Positions 30,793-39,944 of a DNA stretch of 64,000 nt are shown here, one piece after another. Position numbers and translations under genes: made by a program. The stretch is from Syntrophorhabdaceae bacterium. Lineage in GTDB: Bacteria > Desulfobacterota > Syntrophorhabdia > Syntrophorhabdales > Syntrophorhabdaceae. Where the stretch lies: contig OY762209.1 in assembly GCA_963665295.1 (NCBI GenBank), positions 3,200,001 through 3,264,000 of the forward strand, in the 5' to 3' direction. Under the pieces are notes generated by a model. The model saw only the letters and a list, made by a program, of their open reading frames with translations, was not told the origin of the DNA and did no database searches. The stretch's first letter is position 1. The number at the start of each line of letters is the position of its first letter.

Positions 30793-33165
30793 ATGAACGA
30801 AGCCGAAACCAGAGCCGAATATATCGATCCCGCTCTCAAGGCGGCGGGTTGGGGCGTGGTTGAGGGTAGCCGGATTCGGCGTGAGTACCCGATCACGCGG
30901 GGCCGGATCGAAGGGCGTGGCTTACGAGCGAAACCCCTCATCGCTGATTACGTGCTGGAGTACCGCAACACGAAGCTTGCGGTGGTTGAAGCGAAGGCAT
31001 GGGACGAGGAATTGACCGAAGGCGTGGCGCAGGCGAAGAATTATGCGGGCAAGCTTTCCGTAAGGTTCACCTACTCATCCAATGGTCAGGGTATCTATGG
31101 CATCGACATGCAGACCGGCAAAGAGGGCAAAGTCTCAACCTATCATACGCCGCAGGAACTCTGGAACCTGACCTTTACCGAGCCGAACCCGTGGCGGGAC
31201 CGATTCTCCGCTATCCCGTTTGAGGACAAGGGCGGATCACATCCAAGCCGCTATTATCAGGACATTGCGGTTGAGCGGGTCATGGAGGCTATCGCGGCGG
31301 ACAGACCGAGAATTCTCCTCACCCTCGCCACAGGAACCGGCAAGACCTTCATTGCCTTCCAGATCGCGTGGAAGCTCTTTCATTCGCGCTGGAACCTGAG
31401 CCGGCAACCGTCCCGCCGCCCGAGAATTCTATTCCTCGCGGATCGCAACCTTCTCGCGAATCAGGCATACAACGCCTTTTCCTCTTTTCCTGAAGACGCC
31501 ATGGTGCGCATTGCCCCTGCGGATATCAGGAAGAAGGGGAAGGTGCCGAAAAACGGGAGCATCTTCTTCACGATCTTCCAGACCTTCATGAGCGGGCCTG
31601 ATGACACGCCCTATTTCGGCAAGTACCCACCGGACTTTTTCGACTTCATCGTTATCGACGAATGTCATCGCGGCGGGGCGAACGATGAGAGCAACTGGCG
31701 GGATATTATGGAGTACTTCGGTCCCGCTGTGCAACTCGGACTCACTGCCACGCCCAAACGCATGGACAACCTTGACACCTATGCATACTTTGGAGAGCCG
31801 GTCTACATTTACTCTTTGAAGGAGGGCATCAACGACGGTTATCTCACGCCATTCAAGGTGAAGCAAATCTCGACGACCCTCGATGAGTACATATATACTC
31901 CGGACGACGAGGTGGTTGAGGGTTCAATCGTGGCTGACAAGCGGTACACGGAGACCGACTTCAACAGGATCATCGAGATCAGGGAGCGCGAGGCGCACCG
32001 GGTAAAGCTCTTCATGGGGGAGATGAACCAGAACGAGAAGACCCTCGTCTTCTGTGCCACCCAGGATCACGCCCTTGCGGTCCGGGACCTCATCAATCAG
32101 ATGAAGGCGAGCAAAGACCCCGACTACTGTCACAGGGTTACTGCGAATGACGGCGAACTGGGGGAACAGTACCTGCGGGATTTTCAGGACAACGAGAAGA
32201 CCGTCCCCACGATCCTCACGACCTCACAGAAGCTCTCTACCGGAGTGGATGCCCGCAACATCCGAAACATCGTGCTCATGCGGCCCATCAATTCCATGAT
32301 CGAGTTCAAACAGATCATCGGTCGCGGCACCCGGCTTTATGACGGGAAGGATTATTTCACCATTTATGATTTTGTGAAGGCCCACCATCATTTTAACGAT
32401 CCCGAATGGGACGGCGAACCGATGGAGCCTGAAACCTGTCCTAAGTGCGGCTGTTACCCCTGCCGATGCGAGAAGAAGCCGCCGGAGCCCTGTCCTGTAT
32501 GCGGCAAGCTCCCGTGTGAGTGCGAGAAAGAGCCCTGCCCCACCTGCGGACAGCGTCCCTGTGTATGCAAGAAAAGGGCGAAGGTGAAACTCGCCGACGG
32601 CAAGGAAAGGAATATTCAACATATGATGTCCACCACCTTCTGGCACCCCGACGGCACGCCCATGTCCGCGCAGCAGTTCATGGAAATGCTCTTCGGCAAG
32701 CTGCCCGGGTTTTTCAAGGACGAAGCAGAACTCCGGGCCATCTGGAGCGCCCCGGATACCCGCAAGAAGCTCCTGCAAGGCTTGACGGAAAAAGGGTTTG
32801 GTCGCGAGCAACTGACAGAAATGCAAAAGATCATCGATGCCGAGAAGAGCGACCTCTTTGACGTGCTTGCGTATGTAGCATACGCCATGCCTCCACTGAC
32901 CCGGGAAGAACGGGCAGGAAGGGCAAAGGTCATAATCAGCACCCACTTCAACACGAAGGAACAGGTCTTCCTCGACTTTGTTCTGTCTCATTATGTAAGC
33001 GTCGGAGTAGAAGAACTGGATCAGGAAAAGTTGACGCCCTTGTTAAAACTCAAGTATCATAACTCGATCACCGATGCTGTAGCTGACTTAGGTAGACCGG
33101 AGGAGATCAACAAGGTCTTCCTGGGATTCCAGAAATACCTGTACCAGCAGGTGGTGGCTGCATGA
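30793..33165 (+). CDS. hsdR: Type I R-M restriction subunit (EcoAI/EcoEI-like)
   Basis: NEAETR, ADYVL..VEAK nuclease motif, ATGTGKT, DECH, LTATP, QIIGRGTR. Confidence 0.92.
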   Translation: MNEAETRAEYIDPALKAAGWGVVEGSRIRREYPITRGRIEGRGLRAKPLIADYVLEYRNTKLAVVEAKAWDEELTEGVAQAKNYAGKLSVRFTYSSNGQGIYGIDMQTGKEGKVSTYHTPQELWNLTFTEPNPWRDRFSAIPFEDKGGSHPSRYYQDIAVERVMEAIAADRPRILLTLATGTGKTFIAFQIAWKLFHSRWNLSRQPSRRPRILFLADRNLLANQAYNAFSSFPEDAMVRIAPADIRKKGKVPKNGSIFFTIFQTFMSGPDDTPYFGKYPPDFFDFIVIDECHRGGANDESNWRDIMEYFGPAVQLGLTATPKRMDNLDTYAYFGEPVYIYSLKEGINDGYLTPFKVKQISTTLDEYIYTPDDEVVEGSIVADKRYTETDFNRIIEIREREAHRVKLFMGEMNQNEKTLVFCATQDHALAVRDLINQMKASKDPDYCHRVTANDGELGEQYLRDFQDNEKTVPTILTTSQKLSTGVDARNIRNIVLMRPINSMIEFKQIIGRGTRLYDGKDYFTIYDFVKAHHHFNDPEWDGEPMEPETCPKCGCYPCRCEKKPPEPCPVCGKLPCECEKEPCPTCGQRPCVCKKRAKVKLADGKERNIQHMMSTTFWHPDGTPMSAQQFMEMLFGKLPGFFKDEAELRAIWSAPDTRKKLLQGLTEKGFGREQLTEMQKIIDAEKSDLFDVLAYVAYAMPPLTREERAGRAKVIISTHFNTKEQVFLDFVLSHYVSVGVEELDQEKLTPLLKLKYHNSITDAVADLGRPEEINKVFLGFQKYLYQQVVAA
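32437..32568 (+). repeat. Three tandem CPxCGxxPCxC units inside hsdR
   Basis: CPKCGCYPCRC, CPVCGKLPCEC, CPTCGQRPCVC. Confidence 0.9.
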
Positions 33166-33231
33166 GAAGAGGCAGGAGAACTTGACCGTTGAACTTACGC
33201 AGATGAGGCGGAGGCAATCATTGGGGGTGCC

Positions 33232-33474
33232 ATGAAAAGGACCCCCGTAAGAAACATGGTGCGAGCGGGGATTCCTGAGAAGGTCGCCACGAAGATATCA
33301 GGACACAAGACCAGGTCCGTCTTTGACAGGTACAACATAATGAACGAAGACGATCTGAAGCATGCCTGTGAGAGCGTGTCACGGCTTCACGAGGAGAGAA
33401 GGGAAGCAACCGAGCCGGCACAAGATGAGCACAACCCCGGTAACAACATGGTTATAGGAAATGTAGTCACATGA
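33232..33474 (+). pseudogene. Tyrosine integrase C-terminal remnant
   Basis: [32 protein letters not shown] (catalytic H and Y box); rest of gene absent. Confidence 0.85.
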
Positions 33475-33513
33475 GGTGCTGAAAGATGTTACAGAAACTT
33501 CAATGATTTTAAT

Positions 33514-33555
33514 TGCGCCCAGCAGGAATCGAACCTGCAACCTTTGGATTCGTAG
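33514..33555 (-). other. 3' half of tRNA-Arg(ACG); probable att site, not a functional tRNA
   Basis: Minus strand CTACGAATCCAAAGGTTGCAGGTTCGATTCCTGCTGGGCGCA gives the anticodon loop, T arm (GTTCGATT) and acceptor 3' strand; no 5' half upstream. Confidence 0.85.
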
Positions 33556-33582
33556 AGCAAAAAAGACAAATACCCAAGTCCT

Positions 33583-33705
33583 TGATATCAGGTCTGATTT
33601 CCCACAACATACTGATATCAGGAATATTGCCGCTTTTCATATAATCCATTCTATTCCATCTAATCCGATCTTTTCCATTCTTTTTTATCACAATTCTATC
33701 ACAAT
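33583..33705. repeat. Short direct repeats beside the att site (possible integrase arm-type sites)
   Basis: TGATATCAGG at 33583 and 33613; TATCACAAT at 33686 and 33697. Confidence 0.5.
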
Positions 33706-33858
33706 GTTGTTGTCAGCACCTCCAACCCACGACTTCATTTTTTAGCGTAAAATCTATTATCGTGTGATGATGGATGGGAGCGGGCAGGTCACAGTTCGAC
33801 AAACCGGAAAAGAGTGAACCATAAACCCGGAAAAGCTTTCTCGAAGACATACTGCCAC

Positions 33859-34161
33859 TTACGGCTGCGAAAGGCTAGACCGCGTAAGCGGCTTTACATG
33901 AATCGGATTAGCCGATTTGCGGACTTGGGCAAGATCGTATACTCCCTGAAGCTGTAGCCAGCTTTCAGGGCTGCGGCCGAATGCCTGCGACAGTCTGAGG
34001 GCCATTTCGGGAGAAATGCCCGCATGCCCGTTCAGCAGCATCGAAAGGGTCTTGCGGGTCACGCCAAGGCCCTCGGCGGCCTTCGTAACGGTCAAGCCAA
34101 GAGGTGCGACGCGCAAGACCCCTATGATTTCTCCTGGATGTGGAGGATTCTTCATAGGCAT
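33859..34161 (-). CDS. higA: HigA family antitoxin (XRE HTH)
   Basis: [36 protein letters not shown]. Confidence 0.9.
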   Translation of the reverse strand: MPMKNPPHPGEIIGVLRVAPLGLTVTKAAEGLGVTRKTLSMLLNGHAGISPEMALRLSQAFGRSPESWLQLQGVYDLAQVRKSANPIHVKPLTRSSLSQP

Positions 34162-34232
34162 AATTTCTAACTCCTTAGGTCGTAGTCAATCAAATCAACA
34201 ATGTTCCCCAAAAAAGCTTTCTTTATAAGCCC

Positions 34233-34622
34233 CTAAAGTTTAATGACCTGGACGCCCCTTTTCACGTACCTTTCCATATGAGAGTCGGTCGTGTAGATTG
34301 TTTGTGAACCATTTGAAAGGAATCCTGCCAGGATTAGCGAATCAACAGCGGGTATTCCCAGTCCGTGAGAGAGACCGGCAGCGACCTTATGTATCTCCAC
34401 GTTGTCGAGCCAGGAAATGCGAGAAAGGGACACTATATTATCGATCAGTTCAGTTACCGCGTCTTCCTCTAAAGCTCCCTTGAAGGACAGTCTTTTAAGC
34501 TCAAAGATCGTGAGACACGAAACACACAAATCGATATCATCGTCGATTTTTTCGAAAAACTCGGTGGCTTTGCGATCCCCTTTTAATAGCTTAACGAAGA
34601 ATCCGGTATCAAGTCCGGTCAT
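34233..34622 (-). CDS. vapC: PIN-domain (VapC-like) toxin
   Basis: LDTGFF, TIFEL, DSLILA, TTD acidic residues. Confidence 0.82.
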   Translation of the reverse strand: MTGLDTGFFVKLLKGDRKATEFFEKIDDDIDLCVSCLTIFELKRLSFKGALEEDAVTELIDNIVSLSRISWLDNVEIHKVAAGLSHGLGIPAVDSLILAGFLSNGSQTIYTTDSHMERYVKRGVQVIKL

Positions 34623-34842
34623 CCTCGGACCTTATCTCATCGAGCATCTTGAGGGCGTTTTTGTCTACTTTTACCCGGCCGACCATTTGTAATATGGCGT
34701 CCCTCGCAGCCCTTTTCTTCTTGTCTTTTATGCCGTGCTCAATAAATTCTGTGACTAGGGATGACACCGACTTTCGTTCTTTGTCGGCGTGTATTTTTAG
34801 ATCATGAACTACCCCATCAGGAACATTTACCGTGACTCTCAT
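34609..34842 (-). CDS. Ribbon-helix-helix (VapB-like) antitoxin
   Basis: MRVTVNVPD..KSVSSLV RHH pattern; overlaps the PIN gene; AAGGAG RBS. Confidence 0.75.
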   Translation of the reverse strand: MRVTVNVPDGVVHDLKIHADKERKSVSSLVTEFIEHGIKDKKKRAARDAILQMVGRVKVDKNALKMLDEIRSEDDRT

Positions 34843-35111
34843 GATTACTTTCTCCTTTGATACGCATAACAATTAACATAATTATAGCTCATAATGAAGT
34901 TAAGTCAAGAAATATTTATGAGACCGTGTCTGGTCGTTTAAGATTTATTATCGTAGGGCCTTGAGGACGGATAAACCGGCGCTAGCCGGCGAGCGCTCAT
35001 GACCTCGCTAAAGCGCTCAGTGCATACCACCTTGAGTGCCCTTCCTTTTTTTACCGGATTCAACGGCTAAGGAAGGGAAGGGGGACCCCAAAGGCCCCCT
35101 GGGATTTGGGG

Positions 35112-35960
35112 TCATGAATCCGATATGTTTAAGATATAATTCGCTGCCTTCTGCGCCTGTGCAGCGGCGAGAATGACAAGCTTTTTGTCATTCCTGAGTT
35201 TTGAGAGCCATCCCTGTATGTAGCTCGCTGAATTATCAATCGTGGCGTATTCAATGCCGGTGAAACCGCAGAGGAAAGCGGCACCCATTTCGGCCACAAG
35301 CTCTTCCTTCGAATAGCAGGGTGTTCCGAAGGGAGCAATTTCTGTGATCCCTTGCCGGTTCAATCTCTTTTCATGACCTGTGGCGTGGGTTGCTTCATGA
35401 AATAAGGTAGAATAGAATTCTTCAGAGCTTATAAAGGTTTCTATCTGAGGCATGTTGATAAAGTCGGCGCTTGGGCGGTAATATGCCTGCTGCTGGGTGT
35501 GCCTGATCTCGGGCTTGTCTTTCCAGTTGTCTATAATAGCCTCACACCGCGTGATTCTGTCGATCTGGCTGGTTGCTATCTCCGGGACCGGCGGTACCTT
35601 CTCTGCGGGCATATTCTCACACTGGGCCACATTAAAGACCGTGTAATAGCGCAAGAAGGGAACTTTCTTGTCTATCTCGCCGTCTTTTTCGATCTCCAGC
35701 CAGTTCCAGTACACGACGGGTGTTCCCCTGGAGCCCTTTCTGACGGTTCCGCTCAAGTCGCTGCACTGCTTGAAGGTAAGCCAGTACGGGGACGCATATT
35801 GCTGACAGCCAAGGATAAAGGCATTGATGCCCTGGTACTCTTTCTTTGAAACAAGGTTCCTGGGCATTGAGCCCTGAGTGTTCCATGGTTTCTGCCAGGG
35901 GATAACCCCCTCTTCCAGTTTCTTCATGATAAGGTTGGTGATGATCTCATACACTTTCAT
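35112..35960 (-). CDS. ardC: ArdC-like antirestriction/ssDNA-binding protein (DUF1738 + zincin)
   Basis: PWQKPW, Y.GIN, WLTFKQ, YTVFNVAQ, HEATHATGH, EELVAEMGAAF, YIQGW. Confidence 0.9.
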   Translation of the reverse strand: MKVYEIITNLIMKKLEEGVIPWQKPWNTQGSMPRNLVSKKEYQGINAFILGCQQYASPYWLTFKQCSDLSGTVRKGSRGTPVVYWNWLEIEKDGEIDKKVPFLRYYTVFNVAQCENMPAEKVPPVPEIATSQIDRITRCEAIIDNWKDKPEIRHTQQQAYYRPSADFINMPQIETFISSEEFYSTLFHEATHATGHEKRLNRQGITEIAPFGTPCYSKEELVAEMGAAFLCGFTGIEYATIDNSASYIQGWLSKLRNDKKLVILAAAQAQKAANYILNISDS

Positions 35961-36370
35961 ATTGCCCCCTCTTCCTTGAAGGAATAGAAGGCGTCGCCGC
36001 TTCCGATGATGATGTGGTCGAGTACCTCGATGCCGACAATCTTTCCTGCATCGACGAGCTTTCTTGTAACCGTCACATCCTCCTTGGAGGGCTTTGCATC
36101 TCCTGAGGGGTGGTTATGGGCGAGGATTAAAGATGATACCGCCTTGAAGATGGAAAACCGGAAGACTTCACGGGGATGGACAAGGGATGAGTTGAGAATG
36201 CCGAGGCTCACAAGATCGATATACTGTATGGCATTGTGTGTATTAAGCCCAATGACCCAGAAATGCTCTTTCATCCGGTCAACCTCATTCTCGGACTCCA
36301 GCACCTTCGAGAGGATCGCATACACTGACTTAGGACCATCTACCTTCTGACTACTTGCTTTCACTATCAT
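35957..36370 (-). CDS. radC: RadC-like JAB domain protein
   Basis: VHPREVF, AHNHPSGD..PS.ED, LDHIIIG; AGGAGG before ATG 36370. Confidence 0.88.
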   Translation of the reverse strand: MIVKASSQKVDGPKSVYAILSKVLESENEVDRMKEHFWVIGLNTHNAIQYIDLVSLGILNSSLVHPREVFRFSIFKAVSSLILAHNHPSGDAKPSKEDVTVTRKLVDAGKIVGIEVLDHIIIGSGDAFYSFKEEGAI

Positions 36371-37056
36371 CGTTCCCTCCTCCTTTGTGATTTGGGGCCT
36401 ATTACCCCTTAAAAAACTTTTTTTCCCTTCACAAAGCCTGAGGGAAAAAAGAAGAAGGAAAGACCGGAATTCGATAGCTGCCTCCCCTGCACGCGGACAT
36501 GACGGATACCTCCGGCGTGCCGTGTGCAAAGAGGCAAACCACAAAAGGAGCGACAGAAGTACGCTGTGATGAGATGGGGCGGGTTGAGCGCAGGAGAAAA
36601 GTACCCCTTGGTCTGGAAGGACGGGGATATTTTCCACCGTAAGTGCGGATTGGTGACATACGCTCAAAGAGTGACCGCTGCAAATCCTTGACACGTAACG
36701 ATAGTATACACCATGTGTGCAGATCTTGCTTCCATAGGGGTTCGCACAACGGGCAGGCTATCTGCCTGATAAGTATATATCCACCATATATTCCCGAGGA
36801 GGTATTTAATCCGGTTGCATTCGAGTACATCATACTTCCCAAAACGAATTCAAAATGGGAAATTTGCGACCCCGTTCACCTCTGCAAAATGGGAATTTTA
36901 GCCCTTTCACTCCCTCTGACGGCCCATTTCCTTCGATAACGTACAATATTCTTCCCACTTTGCTCCTTTGAGCAGAAGCAAAAAGATTGCAAAACACTCC
37001 CGTGTTGTGACACTATAAGCAAGTAAGAAAGCTGCATCATAGGAGAAGGAGAGCCC

Positions 37057-37650
37057 ATGGCCCACAAGTTTGACGCCCGCAACATGGAGAAGCTGGATGA
37101 CGCAAGGAGGGCCGAGATTCTGCCCCCTCGGGACGCGCTCCTGGAGACCGGCCTGAAGCCCGGCCAGACGTTTCTGGATGTCGGCGCCGGTACGGGAAAC
37201 TTCGCCTTTTCCGCGTGTGAGATAGTCGGAGAAAAGGGACGGGTAATCGCGGTCGATATCTCGGACAAAATGGTCGCGGAGCTTAAGAGAAGGGCATCTC
37301 TCAGGGGTTTCCGTAACATAGAAATCAGGGAATCAGGGGAATATGATTCTCCGGTCGAAGACGGAACGATAGATATGGCGCTTTTGTCCCTGGTCCTCCA
37401 CGAGATCGACGACAAGGCCCGCTTTCTTGGCATATTGGAAAAGACCCTCGCCCGCGGAGGGAGACTCTGTGTGATAGAATGGGAGAAGAAGGCCATGAAC
37501 ATGGGGCCTCCTGTGGAAGAGCGGCTCGACCCCGGGGAGATAACGGAGCTGCTCGCAAAGGTCGGTCTTACAACTGTTATGGAGAGGAAATATGGCGATC
37601 TCTTCTACTGTGTCACGGCGGTAAAGGGCAAAGATGGGGGCTTGGCGTAG
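37057..37650 (+). CDS. Class I SAM-dependent methyltransferase
   Basis: LDVGAGTG, AVDIS, VLHE, GPP..ERL. Confidence 0.85.
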   Translation: MAHKFDARNMEKLDDARRAEILPPRDALLETGLKPGQTFLDVGAGTGNFAFSACEIVGEKGRVIAVDISDKMVAELKRRASLRGFRNIEIRESGEYDSPVEDGTIDMALLSLVLHEIDDKARFLGILEKTLARGGRLCVIEWEKKAMNMGPPVEERLDPGEITELLAKVGLTTVMERKYGDLFYCVTAVKGKDGGLA

Positions 37651-37701
37651 AATACCGGCGCCCGCGGAGGGCGGCATTCCGATGAGCCCCACGGCAGCGT
37701 G

Positions 37702-37986
37702 ATGGAAATCAGGCTTGAGCCGGACCTTTCCCATTGCGTGGAAACCCGCGCAAAAGAGCGATACGAAAAAGTGTTGAGCGCGCTCCTTAAGGCAAGCGAG
37801 GAGGATGCCGGGCTTGCTGACGAACTGGAGCTGCTGAGGCTCTTCCTGGAATCTGCCGATTTCGGCCGGCTGAGGAACTGGTGCGATGAATTTTTCCTTG
37901 CCGGCAGACCGGTCGAGTGCATCCTGAGAAGCGCTCATGACCCCCCCGGCTATGAGATAGAGATTACACCCCAAGACGATGGGTGA
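37702..37986 (+). CDS. Hypothetical protein
   Basis: Co-oriented ORF filling the gap; helical and acidic; no motif recognised. Confidence 0.55.
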   Translation: MEIRLEPDLSHCVETRAKERYEKVLSALLKASEEDAGLADELELLRLFLESADFGRLRNWCDEFFLAGRPVECILRSAHDPPGYEIEITPQDDG

Positions 37987-38098
37987 AGATTACAGGAAAT
38001 GAACAGATTGCCTGGTCCGCCGGGGTCTCGATAAAGAACACAGCTGCAGACGACGTTCGGGAACAGCCGGTGTATAATCTGAAAATGAAAGGGTTCAT

Positions 38099-39100
38099 AT
38101 GGAAATTCATGATCTGATGAAGAAATCACGAAACGGGGAGCAATTGAGCCGGGAGGACCTGATATGGTCTCTCTCTTTGCCGCCTGATTCCCCCGAAACC
38201 TACTTGCTCATGGCCGAAGCCAACCGTATATCGAAGGAACTGACAGGGAACAGGGCGGAGGTGCATGCACAGTTGGCCCTCAACCTGGCCCCGTGCTCGT
38301 GCAACTGCCTCTTCTGTTCCTTTGCGCAGAAGAACGGCGTCTTTACCGAAGAAACGCGCCTGACGCCGGAGGAGGCGGTGGCTTATGCGCTTCAGTTCGA
38401 AAGAGATGGCGCCAATGCTGTATTTGTGATGACGACGGCCCAATACCCCTTTGGGCTGTTCCTGGAGATATCTCAGGATATCCGCAGGAACCTCAAAAGC
38501 GAGACGGTTCTTATCGCCAACGTGGGTGACCAGGCCCCGGGCAATGCGAAGAAAATAAAGGAGGCGGGGTACACGGGCGTGTACCACGCGCTCAGGCTCA
38601 GGGAAGGCGTTGACTCAGGGCTGGACCCGAAGAAGAGGAAGGAGAGCATCCGCAATTTTGAAGAAGCGGGATTAAGGATAGGAACCTGTGTGGAGCCCGT
38701 CGGCCCGGAACATACCAACGAAGAATTGGCTGACCTCATTCTCTTCACGGCCTCCCTCAATCCCGCCTATAGCGGCGCAGCGCGGCGCATTCCGATTCCG
38801 GGGACCGCCATCGCAGCGAGGGGGACAATCATTGAGCTGCGCATGGCCCAGATCGCGGCGGTCACGCGGCTCGCGATGCCGGGAACGGTTCCCGGCAATT
38901 GCACTCATGAGCCCTGCACGCTGGGAGGCCTTGCCGGAGCGAACCTTTTCTGGGCGGAAGTCGGCGCTAACCCGAGAGACACAAAGGAGAAAACGGAAGA
39001 GGGCAGGGGAGAGACCGTGGGGTCATGCCGTAAGATATTCTCGGAGTGCGGCTGGGGTGTCTACGAGGGACCTTCCCGCTATTACGGCGGGCATTCATGA
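38099..39100 (+). CDS. Radical SAM protein (biotin-synthase-like fold, function unknown)
   Basis: CSCNCLFCSF, YHALRLREG, CVEPVGPEH, CTHEP, GANL. Confidence 0.8.
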   Translation: MEIHDLMKKSRNGEQLSREDLIWSLSLPPDSPETYLLMAEANRISKELTGNRAEVHAQLALNLAPCSCNCLFCSFAQKNGVFTEETRLTPEEAVAYALQFERDGANAVFVMTTAQYPFGLFLEISQDIRRNLKSETVLIANVGDQAPGNAKKIKEAGYTGVYHALRLREGVDSGLDPKKRKESIRNFEEAGLRIGTCVEPVGPEHTNEELADLILFTASLNPAYSGAARRIPIPGTAIAARGTIIELRMAQIAAVTRLAMPGTVPGNCTHEPCTLGGLAGANLFWAEVGANPRDTKEKTEEGRGETVGSCRKIFSECGWGVYEGPSRYYGGHS

Positions 39101-39136
39101 CGGGATATCGGGCACGAACAGAAAGTCACCAGTTTG

Positions 39137-39601
39137 TCATTCACTGCCTTCCGGTTTGGGTCTTTCCTCCTTGCCTTCGAACCACCCTTCCGTTGCATCG
39201 GGGAAGCAATCAAAGCGGGTGACATATGGTTTGATATCGATGATGGGCGTTAAGTCCAGGGTGTCTATCCCACTCACGTGCAGGATGGCCTTTTCCCGTC
39301 CCAGCAGGCGAACGATCGTGAGACCTACACCGTTTGGCCTGCCGGGATGGCGCGACGCGAATATTCCATGAGGAGTATCGTCGAGAAGGGTCGGACGGAC
39401 AAGTTGAATAGGCCCTGGCCGATCAAAAATGTAGATGAGAATGATATGTGAAAACCCTTCGATATCCTTCAGACCTTCTTCGTATTCAGGGAATACTTCG
39501 ATCCACCCCACCCCTTCCGGCCGAAACGCGCCCTGGATAGGGGCTTCCGCCTTTTTGGCGTATGGGGAATGGATGAGACCTATAGGTTTTATTTCAATCA
39601 T
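39137..39601 (-). CDS. tsaA: TsaA/TrmO-like tRNA methyltransferase
   Basis: IKPIGLIHSPY, GFSHI, GIFASR.P.RPN.VGL, TPIIDIKPY. Confidence 0.88.
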   Translation of the reverse strand: MIEIKPIGLIHSPYAKKAEAPIQGAFRPEGVGWIEVFPEYEEGLKDIEGFSHIILIYIFDRPGPIQLVRPTLLDDTPHGIFASRHPGRPNGVGLTIVRLLGREKAILHVSGIDTLDLTPIIDIKPYVTRFDCFPDATEGWFEGKEERPKPEGSE

Positions 39602-39843
39602 TCTTAAGTTCTGTCTCTGATCGGTCAGGAGCCCGGGAACTTTTCGTAGCGGTAGTTCCGATGCTGCCTGCCCCCGACTACATTGAATATCATCCGCCAT
39701 ACCGCGAAGTCAAGCTCTGCTTTCACTCGACTTTCCTTAAACCCTGATCTCTACCCCGCTTCCCTCCGGAAAGGAAAGGATAACAAAATACCTCCTTTGG
39801 ATGATCTGCTCAACTGCGAATTTCATTTTTTGTTTTTTTCTGC

Positions 39844-39901
39844 TTGACAATTGATAGAAGTGAATATATATTCATAAGAGTGAAGTGAATATATATTCAC
39901 T
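39844..39901 (+). promoter_or_regulatory. Sigma70 promoter overlapped by two palindromic operators
   Basis: TTGACA (39844)-17 nt-TATATT (39867); GAAGTGAATATATATTCA repeated at 39857 and 39882. Confidence 0.75.
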
Positions 39902-39944
39902 ATAGAGTCCCGCAGGAAGAAAGAAGGAGATTGGTGAGCGCATA

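Noticed and set aside
33514..33555. Functional tRNA-Arg gene
   Set aside because: D arm and 5' acceptor/anticodon strands are absent; treated as an att fragment
36371..36694. N-terminal extension of RadC (245-aa call)
   Set aside because: Not protein-like, and a strong AGGAGG precedes ATG 36370
38099..39100. Assignment as bioB
   Set aside because: Fold is similar but BioB-specific motifs (e.g. YNHNL) and bio genes are absent
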